Assembly (NCBI GenBank): GCA_035292685.1
Contig: DATDPP010000079.1
Coordinates: forward strand, 21,390 to 85,389
Direction of reading: 5' to 3'
Origin: Acidimicrobiia bacterium
GTDB lineage: Bacteria > Actinomycetota > Acidimicrobiia > Spongiisociales > ZC4RG35
Length of the DNA stretch: 64,000 nt
This document shows, piece by piece, positions 9,409-18,817 of this stretch. How positions within the stretch are numbered: position 1 is the first letter of the stretch; each line of letters opens with the position of its first letter. The notes beneath the pieces are model-generated. The model ran no database searches. It had not been told where the DNA came from and worked only from the letters and a program-made list of their open reading frames with translations. Made by a program: the position numbers and the translations under genes.

Positions 9409-10479
9409 ATGGAACTTGTGAAAGTCGGTGTGATCGGGACCGGGTGGTGTGGCGGGATCCGCGCCATCGCCGCCGCCAACAGCGCCTTGGTTGGCGAGCT
9501 TCACATCGCCGAGATCAACCCTGATCGGCTGGCGGAAGTTGAGGCCGCCACCGGGGCAATCACCGCCACCGCCGACTGGGAGGCCCTCGTGGCAAACCCT
9601 GACATCCAGGCGCTGATGATCTCGGCTACACCGGAGACCACGCACTACCCGATGGCCAGGGCTGCCCTGGCCGCGGGGAAGCACGTGTTGTTGGAAAAGC
9701 CGATCTCGATCACCCTCGAGGAGGCCGACGACCTCATAGACCTGGCCCAGACGAAAGGGCTCAAGTTCACGATCGGGTACTCCCAGCGTTTCAACCCCCA
9801 GCAGGCCCTGGTCAAGCGCAGCCTCGGTAATGGGACCTTGGGTGATCCGGTCAGCATCCTCATCAGCCGTCACATCACCCGGTCACTTGGAGCTAAGATC
9901 GGGGCCAGGACCAAGCTCTCACCCGCCGCGATGGAGGCCACCCACGACATCGACTTCTCGCTGTGGTGCCTGGAGCCAAGGCGGCCGGTGCGGGTCTACT
10001 CCCAGATCGCCTGGGGGGTTCGCAAGGATCAAGGCGTTCCCGATACCCAGACCATGATCATCACCATGAATGACGGTGTCACCGTCACCATCGGAGCGGG
10101 ATGGTCACTCCCGCCGGGATACCCGAATTTCTCTGCGACGTGGATCGAGTTCATAGGTACCGAAGGAGCACTGCTCATCGATGCCAGTCACAGAGACATC
10201 GTCCTCAACACAATGGAGCACGGGGTTCAATTCCCTCTGTCGACTATGCCGGGGGAGTACGTGGACCACGTCTATGCCGGGCCCATGGAGCGGGAGACCA
10301 CACATTTCCTCGAGGCCGTCTACTACGACCGGCCGGTGATGGTCGAGCCAAGCCTGGCTCGACAGACCATGGAGGTCTATCTTGCAGCCGACCTCTCCGT
10401 CGAGCGGAATCAGGTGGTCGAACTTCCCCTCGACCGCGACGAGACCGGTTTGACCCTGGCGAACGCGGTCACAAGCTGA
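9409..10479 (+). CDS. Gfo/Idh/MocA-family NAD(P) oxidoreductase
   Basis: 'KVGVIGTGWCG' and 'HVLLEKPISITLEEA' (EKP motif). Confidence 0.85.
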   Translation: MELVKVGVIGTGWCGGIRAIAAANSALVGELHIAEINPDRLAEVEAATGAITATADWEALVANPDIQALMISATPETTHYPMARAALAAGKHVLLEKPISITLEEADDLIDLAQTKGLKFTIGYSQRFNPQQALVKRSLGNGTLGDPVSILISRHITRSLGAKIGARTKLSPAAMEATHDIDFSLWCLEPRRPVRVYSQIAWGVRKDQGVPDTQTMIITMNDGVTVTIGAGWSLPPGYPNFSATWIEFIGTEGALLIDASHRDIVLNTMEHGVQFPLSTMPGEYVDHVYAGPMERETTHFLEAVYYDRPVMVEPSLARQTMEVYLAADLSVERNQVVELPLDRDETGLTLANAVTS

Positions 10480-11641
10480 TCGGGGACTTCGTCTTCAGCG
10501 GGCGGCTGGCGAGGAAGGCAACCGTCGAGATCGCGGCCATCACCGTCACAAAGAGCCATGCTGCCGGATAGTTCCCCCGGCCCGCGAGCGACCCGACCAC
10601 GAGCGGCCCGACAACGGTCCCGGTCAAGTTGCCCGACAGGACCAGCCCCGATGCTCTCGCCGGGAAATCCGGATAACTGTGAACCACGGTGAAGAAGAAG
10701 ATCCCGGGCCATCCCCAGGCCCCGAGCACCGCCACCGGCATCGCGACGAGATACGCCGCGGGCGCCGACGACAGCGCCAGCACCAGTGCACCGACCGTGC
10801 CGGCGCCGGCCATCCACGCCATTTCGGAGTATCCGCTGCTCCCTCTCCTGTCGACGACCCACCCGGCCCCGAGCCGCACCCCCACCACCAACAGCGAGCA
10901 CCCCGCCAGCACCGCCCCCGCAGCACCTTCTTCGATACCGATGTCGACGGCGGATGGGACGATGAACAACGAGAGCCCGTTGCCCGCCATCGCCCCACAG
11001 AATCCGGCCAGTGCCAGGTAGAGCAATGATCTGGGTGGTCTGCCGATGCGCCGCTCGTTCCTTTCCGCGGCCCGCGCCATGTCTAGGTGCGGAGCCGAGA
11101 TCGCCAGAGTCACGGCAAGCAACCCGGCCAGGGCGAAGACCCACCGCCATCCGAACACCAGCCCGATGACCGGCAAGGAGATCCCGGCGAGCACACTGGC
11201 CATGGGGACAGACGCCTGTTTGGCCCCGAAAGCGATCCCCTGACGACCCACCACCACCCCATCGAATATGGCGAGGTTCGCCGCGACCTGAATCAACCCG
11301 TTGCTCACACCCCCGACGGCCATGGCGAGTGGCAGTACCCACCACCTCCCGGCAGTACCGGCAATGACACAAGCGGCGAGAGTCAGCAGACCCCCGATGC
11401 GAAGACTCCGACCCGGTCCCACCCTGGCGACGATCCGGCCCGCCGGATTGGCGGCAAGAGCAGCAAAACCGAAGAACATGGCTGTGCCCAGGCCAAGCTG
11501 GCCGACGCTGAACCCGATCCCGCGTTCCAACTGGAGGATCTGAGCGCTCATCAGGAACAGCGGGAGGACACCCATCCCGGTGTAGACGACCGCCGCCAGC
11601 AGCGGCCGTCGGCTCAGTGTCGAGCGCAGGAGATTGGCCAA
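10469..11641 (-). CDS. MFS transporter
   Basis: Uniformly hydrophobic 390 aa protein with about 12 predicted helices. It is the last gene of the minus-strand operon 14968->10469. Confidence 0.8.
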   Translation of the reverse strand: MANLLRSTLSRRPLLAAVVYTGMGVLPLFLMSAQILQLERGIGFSVGQLGLGTAMFFGFAALAANPAGRIVARVGPGRSLRIGGLLTLAACVIAGTAGRWWVLPLAMAVGGVSNGLIQVAANLAIFDGVVVGRQGIAFGAKQASVPMASVLAGISLPVIGLVFGWRWVFALAGLLAVTLAISAPHLDMARAAERNERRIGRPPRSLLYLALAGFCGAMAGNGLSLFIVPSAVDIGIEEGAAGAVLAGCSLLVVGVRLGAGWVVDRRGSSGYSEMAWMAGAGTVGALVLALSSAPAAYLVAMPVAVLGAWGWPGIFFFTVVHSYPDFPARASGLVLSGNLTGTVVGPLVVGSLAGRGNYPAAWLFVTVMAAISTVAFLASRPLKTKSPISL

Positions 11642-11643
11642 TC

Positions 11644-12804
11644 TCAGAACCTTCCCCGGGGAGCCGGAACAGTGACCCGGATCTGGTGTAAGCCTGCGAT
11701 GGTGGAGAAGCTCCGCAGCCGCTCGTCGTCACCTCCGAATTCGAATACACGCGTCGTCGTCTGCTCCGGGGTGGTGACCGTGATCTTGACAGGCCGGGTG
11801 GTGCGACGACCCGACGTCTTGTCTTCCCCGGCGGCGCCAACCCGGAGGACGACATCGGCCACGGGTGCGGTCACCTTCGCGGAAGGGCTGCCGGGGATCA
11901 CGGTGCCGGCGAACACTGTCCGTTCACGGTCGATGGCTGCGATACGAGCCCCTACCTGTCCCAGAGTGGCCTGTTCGATGGTTCCCAGGGTCCAGCCCTG
12001 TGCGGTCAGACTTGCCAGGATCTGGCTCTCCACCGTGTCGTCATCGAGCCCGAACACTGTCTCACCCAATCGACGTTTGACCTCTTCCTCGACCGGCTCG
12101 ATGAGAAGGTCTGCAGTCTCGATGTCAGGCGCCTTGGCGCTGATGCGGACCTGGACCTCCATGTCCTTGATCAGGAACGCCACCGACGGGTTGGCCGCGC
12201 CGAACATGTCATCGAGCCGGTCGGAAACCTCTGACTCCCCCATCCCCCAGATGCGGAGCAGGCGACTTCGAAGCACCCCGCCGCTGCCGAACGCCTGTCG
12301 CAGGCGGGGTAGGACCTCGCCATCCAACATCGCGATCATCTCCACCGGCACGCCGGGGAGCGCGAACAGCCATTTGCCGTGGTGATCGAGCGCAACTCCG
12401 AGGGCGACTCCGTTGGCGTTGGGCAGGCTGAGGGCTCCCTCGGGGAGGTCGGCCATGCGCAGAACGCTCTCCGGCACCGCCCGTCCCTGGGAGCGGAGCC
12501 GATCTTCGATCCAGGCTGCGTGGGCCGCGTCGCGGGTCATGGTCCGCCCGGTCACCTGACAGATCGCCTCTCTGGTGAGGTCGTCCTGGGTTGGGCCGAT
12601 GCCACCGGTGAGGATCACTGAATCGGACCTTCCCAACGCGTTTCGGATGGCGTCGCACAATCGGCCGAGATTGTCACCGACCGTAACCTGGAAATGGGCA
12701 TCGAGACCTTGTTCGGCAAGACGGGTCGCGATGAGCGCAGCATTGCTGTTGACGATCTGCCCTATCAGTAGCTCGGTGCCGACCGCTATGACTTCGACGA
12801 TCAT
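11644..12804 (-). CDS. cinA: CinA-like protein (N-terminal MoCF-biosynthesis/molybdopterin-binding fold; divergent C-terminal PncC-like domain)
   Basis: 'MIVEVIAVGTELLIGQIVNSNAALIA' and 'VILTGGIGPTQDDLTREA' are the CinA N-domain signatures. In the C-domain the usual 'ESCTGG' motif reads 'EQATLGQ'. Start taken at ATG 12804. Confidence 0.75.
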   Translation of the reverse strand: MIVEVIAVGTELLIGQIVNSNAALIATRLAEQGLDAHFQVTVGDNLGRLCDAIRNALGRSDSVILTGGIGPTQDDLTREAICQVTGRTMTRDAAHAAWIEDRLRSQGRAVPESVLRMADLPEGALSLPNANGVALGVALDHHGKWLFALPGVPVEMIAMLDGEVLPRLRQAFGSGGVLRSRLLRIWGMGESEVSDRLDDMFGAANPSVAFLIKDMEVQVRISAKAPDIETADLLIEPVEEEVKRRLGETVFGLDDDTVESQILASLTAQGWTLGTIEQATLGQVGARIAAIDRERTVFAGTVIPGSPSAKVTAPVADVVLRVGAAGEDKTSGRRTTRPVKITVTTPEQTTTRVFEFGGDDERLRSFSTIAGLHQIRVTVPAPRGRF

Positions 12805-12853
12805 GGCCCCACCGCTGTGCCGACCCAAGGAGGCGGCGGCCTGAGTCCCGCCC

Positions 12854-13231
12854 TCAGTCGAGAAGCTCCACGGTCACGAAGCGGAGTGTGGTCACACCGA
12901 CGTTCTCCAGGTCGTGAACGAGGGCGGTGGTAGGAGTGTGCTCGAGATATTTGGTCTCACCCAATGAGTAATGACGGATCACGAAGGTCCCGTCGGCGAA
13001 GCGTTGCAGGCCCCGGCCCGCCTCCACCACGGTCCAGAAATAGTTGCTGGTGTGAGCGTGAAAGGGGCCTCTTTCGCCGGGCTGCAGCCTCACCTCCCAA
13101 ACCCGGATCCGGTCGTTCTCGAACCATATCGCGGTGCCGAGATCGTGGTTGCTCGATGCAGCTACCAACTCGCCCGAGAACTGCTCGCGGTCAAAGACTC
13201 CCTGTTCGACGATGTCCGGGTGACGTTCCAC
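12854..13231 (-). CDS. Small cupin-fold protein
   Basis: 125 aa with 'VWEVRLQPGERGPFHAHTSNYFWTVVEAG', a cupin motif 1-like stretch. Confidence 0.6.
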   Translation of the reverse strand: MERHPDIVEQGVFDREQFSGELVAASSNHDLGTAIWFENDRIRVWEVRLQPGERGPFHAHTSNYFWTVVEAGRGLQRFADGTFVIRHYSLGETKYLEHTPTTALVHDLENVGVTTLRFVTVELLD

Positions 13232-13232
13232 T

Positions 13233-14174
13233 TCAATTCACCTGGTAGTCCGGCTTCTCGCCGGTGAGGACCTTGACCACTTGAGTTGCCGCCTTGAATT
13301 GCGACTCGACCAGGGCCTCCTCGGAGTAATAGGCCATGTGGGGTGTGACCATCAGGTTGGGCACCCCCTCGACCCGGCCCGGGTCGAGGGGCTCTGTGTC
13401 GAAAACGTCCAGCCCGGCGCAGCCGAGTCGTCCCTCACGCAAGGCCTCTGTCACCGCGTCGAGTTGGACCAGAGGGCCACGGGAGGTGTTGATCAGAATC
13501 GCACCCGCCTTCATCTTGCCGATCGCATTGGCGTCGATCAGACCCCTGGTCTCGGGCGTGAGCGGGAGATGGAGAGAGACGACATCGGACGTCGCCAGAA
13601 GCTCATCCAGGCTGAGGAGTGGGGGAAGGTCGTCGCCAGCTGTGAGGTACGGGTCGTAGCAGACGATCCGCGCCCCCAGGGCTTCAAGGGGAGCGGCGAT
13701 CTTTCGCCCGATCCGCCCGAATCCGACGAGGCCGACAGTCAGAGTCGACAGTCTCCGTATTGGCCTGAATCGGTCGATGCTCCAACCACCTTCCCTCACG
13801 GTGGCGTCCGCGAGTGCGAGTTTTCGCACCAAAGCCAGGATGAGGGCGAGGGCGTGTGTAGCGACCTCCTCCACCGAGTAATCCGGGACATTGGTCACCA
13901 CAATCCCTCGGCTCGACGCGGCAGCCAGATCGACATTGTCGATCCCGATTCCGTAGCGGGCAATGATCCGGCATCTCCTCAAGCGAGCCATGGCCGCGGC
14001 ATCCCAGGGCAGATAGGTGTTGAGAATGGCGTCGGCATCCTCCGCCGTGGCGAGCACCTCTTCGATGCCCCCAGTTGCCACACTGAGCTCGGCGTCGATG
14101 GCGGCCAGCAAACCACGCTCGACCTCGACCGAGGGGAACACCTGATCGCTGACCACCACCTTGTACTTGCTCAT
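13233..14174 (-). CDS. D-isomer-specific 2-hydroxyacid dehydrogenase family protein
   Basis: 'TVGLVGFGRIGRKIA' NAD motif, 'ILINTSRGPLV' and 'GAGLDVFDTEPL'. The ATG at 14174 overlaps the upstream stop (ATGA). The ORF-track 14405 start is an antisense-overlap extension. Confidence 0.85.
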   Translation of the reverse strand: MSKYKVVVSDQVFPSVEVERGLLAAIDAELSVATGGIEEVLATAEDADAILNTYLPWDAAAMARLRRCRIIARYGIGIDNVDLAAASSRGIVVTNVPDYSVEEVATHALALILALVRKLALADATVREGGWSIDRFRPIRRLSTLTVGLVGFGRIGRKIAAPLEALGARIVCYDPYLTAGDDLPPLLSLDELLATSDVVSLHLPLTPETRGLIDANAIGKMKAGAILINTSRGPLVQLDAVTEALREGRLGCAGLDVFDTEPLDPGRVEGVPNLMVTPHMAYYSEEALVESQFKAATQVVKVLTGEKPDYQVN

Positions 14175-14968
14175 CTGGTTTCCAAGAACGGCATGATCAC
14201 TTCGAGGAATCGCGGGGGATCCTGGAGCTGTGGGGCGTGGGCGAGCCCGGGGATGATCGCCAGCTTCGAGTCGGGGATGGTGGCGTGCAGCTCCTCGGCC
14301 ATCTGCGGTGGAGTGGCCTGATCCTCTTCGCCAACGACGATCATTGTCGGTGCAACTATGGTCGACGCCCCCGATTCGTAGTCCATCGCCGTCAGAGCCT
14401 GACACGCAGTCACGAAGGCATCGGTATCGGTCTGTCGCAGAACAGCGGCCCGCTCGGCGGCGGCTTCCGGATGATGGGCCAGGTAGGGCTCAGTGAAGAT
14501 CCTGAGTAGAGCGATCGGTATCACTGCTTCCATGCCCCCGAGGCGGACCTTCTCCACCATGCCGGTGAAGGCCCTCTTTGCCTCTTCGGAGAAAGATCTT
14601 CCGCAACCCACGAGAACGAGTCGGCCAATGAGCTCTTGGTGACGGATCGCCACCCCCAATGCAACGAACGCGCCGAGCCCGTTCCCGATGAGGGTCAGCT
14701 CTTCGTGGTCGACGCCAAGGGTCTCGACGAAGTCGGCCACCCGATCTGCATAGCTGTCGATGGAAGGCGGCGCCGGGGTGGTGGCACCGAATCCGGGCAG
14801 GTCCATGGCGATGACCCGACCTCCGAGCCCTTCGACGACCGGGTCGAAGGCCCGCCGATCGGTCAACAGGGAATGGAGGGCCAACCGAGGAGGGCCCACC
14901 CCCGCCTCGGCATAGGAAACAGGTCCGGAGCGAGTTTCGCCGACGCTCTCCAGAAAGGTGACCACCAA
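14171..14968 (-). CDS. Alpha/beta hydrolase (3-oxoadipate enol-lactonase / meta-cleavage-product hydrolase-like)
   Basis: 'DLPGFG' and the nucleophile elbow 'LIGNGLGA'. TTG/GTG start at 14968/14965, directly next to motif-1 site C. Confidence 0.8.
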   Translation of the reverse strand: MVVTFLESVGETRSGPVSYAEAGVGPPRLALHSLLTDRRAFDPVVEGLGGRVIAMDLPGFGATTPAPPSIDSYADRVADFVETLGVDHEELTLIGNGLGAFVALGVAIRHQELIGRLVLVGCGRSFSEEAKRAFTGMVEKVRLGGMEAVIPIALLRIFTEPYLAHHPEAAAERAAVLRQTDTDAFVTACQALTAMDYESGASTIVAPTMIVVGEEDQATPPQMAEELHATIPDSKLAIIPGLAHAPQLQDPPRFLEVIMPFLETR

Positions 14969-14971
14969 CGC

Positions 14972-14990
14972 ATCCTATATGATGCAGGAT
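14972..14990. promoter_or_regulatory. Motif-1 site C (reference): ATCCTATATGATGCAGGAT
   Basis: Inverted ends ATCCT/AGGAT separated by 9 bp. Lies between the divergent alpha/beta hydrolase (start 14968) and CMD gene (start 15015). Confidence 0.65.
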
Positions 14991-15014
14991 CGACCCGTCA
15001 CACTATGGAGGCTC

Positions 15015-15527
15015 ATGCCACGTGTTCAGATGATCGAAGAGCGCGAGGATGCGTCGCCGGACCAACTCGAGACGTTCGACCATATCGCAGCCAGCAGGGG
15101 AACGATGATCCGGCCCTTCGCCGCAATGCTCCATAGGCCCGAGATTGCACGGGCCACCGCCGATCTCGGGGCGGTGATCCGCTACCAGTCGACGCTCACG
15201 GACCACGACCGGGAGTTGGTGATATGCGTCACGGCCATAGAACGCGACTGCGTCTTCGAGTGGCACTCCCACTCACCGATCGCCCGATCGGCGGGAGTCA
15301 GCGACACGACCCTGGAGTCTGTCAGGGACCAGGACGAGATCGACGACGAAGACGACGCGGCATTGGTAGAATTCGTCCGTGAGCTGACCCGATCGGGCGG
15401 GGTGAGCGATTCCATTTTCGAGCAGCTGCGGGCCCGATTGGGCGATGCGGGCGTGGTGGAGCTGGCCGCGATCATCGGGTACTACACGATGATGGCGCTG
15501 TTCATGAACGCCTGCGAAGCCTGCTGA
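15015..15527 (+). CDS. Carboxymuconolactone decarboxylase (CMD/AhpD-like) family protein
   Basis: All-helical ~170 aa protein. 'VTAIERDCVFEWHSH' resembles the CMD core. ATG at 15015 is preceded by a GGAGG ribosome-binding site. Confidence 0.7.
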   Translation: MPRVQMIEEREDASPDQLETFDHIAASRGTMIRPFAAMLHRPEIARATADLGAVIRYQSTLTDHDRELVICVTAIERDCVFEWHSHSPIARSAGVSDTTLESVRDQDEIDDEDDAALVEFVRELTRSGGVSDSIFEQLRARLGDAGVVELAAIIGYYTMMALFMNACEAC

Positions 15528-15547
15528 GATACGGCTCCGGGGGAAAG

Positions 15548-16876
15548 TCAGGGAACAGGTCGAATGAACCGGCCGAGCCGTCTGTCGTCACATTTCCCAT
15601 CAGATGCGATCTTCTCGCCACGCAGATAGGTCGCCATCACCCGACCCCGGAAGGTTCGCCCCGCAAACGGACTCCACGCCGCCTTGGAAATGATGTCCCG
15701 GTCGCTGACAACCCAGTCTGCCTTCGGATCAACGAGGACCACATCGGCATCATCCCCAACCGCGAGGACCCCCTTCTGCAGCCGATACCGGGCCGCGGGT
15801 GCGGTGGCATAGAGCCGAACCACGTCGGAGATCCTCACATGCCCGCTCAGCGCGGCGTCGATCAGGAAGGGAAGGGTCGTGTCCAGACCGGGTAACCCGA
15901 AAGGTGCCGCCCAAAAGTCTGGAATCCTCTTCTGGTCGAGAGTCGATGGAGCGTGATCGGTGGAGAAGTGCGAGAACCGACGCGCCCGGACCGCCTCCCA
16001 CATCGCCGACCTCTCCTCCTGGCTGCGGATGCGCGCCGGTGGGGTGAACTTGCGCAGCGCCCCGGCGACCTCCACCTCGGCTTCGTCCAATGCGAAATAC
16101 TGTGGGCAGGCTTCGGCAGCGAGATCGGCGCCGAGACGGCGAAAGTCGTCGATCACATCGAGAACCTGGGGGGTGGACACGTGGGCGATGGTGGCCATCG
16201 CTCCGGTCTCCAACACGGCCGCTGCCGCCGCCCCTACCGCCACCAGCTCCGCCTCCCTGGTCCGCCATTCGATCAGCAGACCGGGATCTACCCGCCCGAG
16301 AGCACGCAATCTGAGCTCGGCGTCGCGGGTGATGGTCTCGTCTTCGCCGTGTATGAGGCAACGGCTGCCGGTTCGGCTCATCGCCTCCAGCGCCCTGGTC
16401 ATAGCGCTCGAGTCCAAACCGGGCACGCCGTGGGTGGTGCAGGTGAAGATTTTGAAGAAAGCGATTCCTTCTTCCGCCAAAGGCGCAATGTCGTTGATCC
16501 GATCAGGCCAGACATGGGCGGCCAGCCCGAAGTCGACGTTGGCCCGTCCCGCCAGGTGATGGCGCTTCTCGATCAGGTCATCGACCGACCTGATCGGATG
16601 AGCATGGGTGTGCTCGACGATGGTGGTGACCCCTCTCGCCGCCGCAGCGCTGGTGCCGATCGGAAAATCCTCCCGATCGGTGTCGCCGGGGTCCATGAGA
16701 TGGACGTGGGTATCGACCATGCCGGGCAGGACCAACAGCCCCGAGGCGTCGACGACCTCACCTTGCGGGGCGGGTTGGCCAACAGCCCTGATGAGGCCGT
16801 CCATGATGAGCAGGTCACCGCGATGCATTCCGCTGGCCGTGACCAGGGTCCCTCCCCGGATCGTTGTCGTCGACAC
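15548..16876 (-). CDS. Cyclic amidohydrolase (dihydroorotase/allantoinase/hydantoinase family)
   Basis: 'LPGMVDTHVHLMDPG' metal motif and an N-terminal beta-sandwich start 'IRGGTLVTASG...DLLIMDGLI'. GTG at 16876 has a GGAGGAG ribosome-binding site just upstream. Confidence 0.8.
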   Translation of the reverse strand: MSTTTIRGGTLVTASGMHRGDLLIMDGLIRAVGQPAPQGEVVDASGLLVLPGMVDTHVHLMDPGDTDREDFPIGTSAAAARGVTTIVEHTHAHPIRSVDDLIEKRHHLAGRANVDFGLAAHVWPDRINDIAPLAEEGIAFFKIFTCTTHGVPGLDSSAMTRALEAMSRTGSRCLIHGEDETITRDAELRLRALGRVDPGLLIEWRTREAELVAVGAAAAAVLETGAMATIAHVSTPQVLDVIDDFRRLGADLAAEACPQYFALDEAEVEVAGALRKFTPPARIRSQEERSAMWEAVRARRFSHFSTDHAPSTLDQKRIPDFWAAPFGLPGLDTTLPFLIDAALSGHVRISDVVRLYATAPAARYRLQKGVLAVGDDADVVLVDPKADWVVSDRDIISKAAWSPFAGRTFRGRVMATYLRGEKIASDGKCDDRRLGRFIRPVP

Positions 16877-16894
16877 CCTGTCTCCTCCCGGATT

Positions 16895-16913
16895 TCCAAA
16901 CAACATATAGGAT
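16895..16913. promoter_or_regulatory. Motif-1 site D (reverse orientation): rc = ATCCTATATGTTGTTTGGA
   Basis: The first 10 nt are identical to site C (13/19 overall). Lies in the 55-bp divergent gap between the hydantoinase-like gene (16876) and the Gfo gene (16932). Confidence 0.5.
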
Positions 16914-16931
16914 CGCACCCTTCCCGGAGGA

Positions 16932-17927
16932 GTGTCGTTGTCAGACAAGGTGAGGCTGGCCAGCGTTGGCCTTGGTTGGTGGGGGTCGGCATTGGCCGAT
17001 GCGGTGAAGAAGGCTGGCATCGCCGAGATCGTGACTTGCTATGCCCGCAAGGCGGCCGGCCGCGAAGAATTCGCGGCCAAACATCATTGTCGGTCGGCTG
17101 ATTCCCTTGAGGAGTTATTGGCTGATCCCGACGTCGAAGGTGTGATCATCGCCACCTCCCATCAGAGCCACCGGGCTCTGATGGAACAGGCGGCCGCCGC
17201 CGGCAAGCACATCTTCGTCGAGAAGCCATTTACGAACACCGTCGAGGACGGTGTTGCCTCCTTGGCGGCCGCCCGGGAGGCGGGTGTCCTGATTCAGGTC
17301 GGCCATCAAAGACGGCGCACCGCAGCCAAGCGACGAATGAAGGCCATGCTCGACGCCGGGGAGTTGGGTGAGGTGGAAACGGTGGTCGCTCATCAGTCGG
17401 TGCCCAACGGGTACAAGATGCCGGACGAAGCCTGGCGCTGGGACCCTGATCAAAGCCCGCTGGGCTCGATGACTTCTCTGGGGGTGCACAAGATCGACAC
17501 CATGCACTATCTGGTCGGGTCAATCCGCACCGTGTTTGCCCTGACCCGACCCGGACGTTCCCGACCCATCGACGAGGCCACGGTCCTCGCAATGGAGTTC
17601 GACAGCGGGGCGCTGGCCACTCTGACTACCTCGTTCTTCACCCCGGTCATCAACGAGATCGCAGTGTTTGGGACCGATGCCGCGGCTTTCAGCAGTGGCG
17701 GTGGGGAGCGGTTGCGGGTTCAGGGAAGAAACGACCCGACATCCGAAGCGGTTGATCTTGATCCGATCGACCCGGTAGTTGATCAGATGAAGGACTTCGC
17801 CCGCGCCATCCGCGGCGAGATCCCGGTGGAAGTGGACGGAAAGGCCGGTCTCGCGGTGATCGCGGTCCTCGAGGCCGCCGTGCGGTCGGTCGCCGACCGT
17901 GGACCCGTCGAGGTGGCCGGGTTCTAG
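16932..17927 (+). CDS. Gfo/Idh/MocA-family NAD(P) oxidoreductase
   Basis: 'RLASVGLGWWG' and 'HIFVEKPFT' (EKP motif). GTG start with a GGAGGA ribosome-binding site. Confidence 0.85.
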   Translation: MSLSDKVRLASVGLGWWGSALADAVKKAGIAEIVTCYARKAAGREEFAAKHHCRSADSLEELLADPDVEGVIIATSHQSHRALMEQAAAAGKHIFVEKPFTNTVEDGVASLAAAREAGVLIQVGHQRRRTAAKRRMKAMLDAGELGEVETVVAHQSVPNGYKMPDEAWRWDPDQSPLGSMTSLGVHKIDTMHYLVGSIRTVFALTRPGRSRPIDEATVLAMEFDSGALATLTTSFFTPVINEIAVFGTDAAAFSSGGGERLRVQGRNDPTSEAVDLDPIDPVVDQMKDFARAIRGEIPVEVDGKAGLAVIAVLEAAVRSVADRGPVEVAGF

Positions 17928-17944
17928 CAAGACGTCGAAGGGAG

Positions 17945-18817
17945 ATGCCGGTGGAATACAACGAGATCAAATACGAGGTGCGCAATGACGCCGCGTGGAT
18001 CGGGATCAACCGCCCGGAGGTGCGCAACGCGTTTCGCGAGCAGACCCTCGACGAGCTGGCCCATGGCCTGGAATCCACCCGCCACGACCCCACGATCGTG
18101 GCCGCGGTGGTCTATGGGGTGGGGGGCCACTTCTCGGCGGGCGGCGACTTCCACGCCATGATGAAGTTGAACAAGGCCAACTCCTATATGTGGAACGACC
18201 GCATGCTCAAGGTCGCGATGACGTGTCGCAACTTGCCGATCCCGGTGATAGCCATGGTGGAGGGCGCATGCGTGGGAGGCGGGCACGAGTTGATGCTCTG
18301 GTGTGATCTCGTCATTGCCAGCGAGGACTCGGTCTTCGGCCAAACCGGGGCCCGGGTCGGTGCCTGTCCCACGGTCGGGGCCACCCAGTACATCGCCAAG
18401 CTCATCGGTGAGCGACGGGCCAAGGAGATGATCTTTCTCTGCAAGCGCTACAGCGGAAAGGAGGCGGCGGAAATCGGTCTGGCCAACGAGGCCGTCCCAT
18501 CGGAGATGCTCCTGGAACGGGTCGAGGATGCAGTGCAACGAATCAAGGGGTACTCCTCGCAGACAATCAGGGCAACCAAGGTGTCGCTGAATTTCGACTC
18601 CGACTCCCTATACCCGTCGTGGCAGCACGGCATGGAACTGCTCGCCAACATCTGGGGCACCGAGGAATCCCTGGAGGGAATGAACGCTTTCCTCGAGAAC
18701 CGGCCACCCGACTTCCACCAGTTCCGGGTGCGCAACAAGGAAGCACTCGACACCTATCTCGACGACTTCGAGGAGGGGCGCAACCAGGGCGAGACTTCTC
18801 GGACCGCACGGGGATGA
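17945..18817 (+). CDS. Enoyl-CoA hydratase/isomerase (crotonase) family protein
   Basis: 'AAWIGINRPEVRNAF', 'GGHFSAGGDF' and 'PVIAMVEGACVGGGHELMLWCDL'. Confidence 0.85.
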   Translation: MPVEYNEIKYEVRNDAAWIGINRPEVRNAFREQTLDELAHGLESTRHDPTIVAAVVYGVGGHFSAGGDFHAMMKLNKANSYMWNDRMLKVAMTCRNLPIPVIAMVEGACVGGGHELMLWCDLVIASEDSVFGQTGARVGACPTVGATQYIAKLIGERRAKEMIFLCKRYSGKEAAEIGLANEAVPSEMLLERVEDAVQRIKGYSSQTIRATKVSLNFDSDSLYPSWQHGMELLANIWGTEESLEGMNAFLENRPPDFHQFRVRNKEALDTYLDDFEEGRNQGETSRTARG

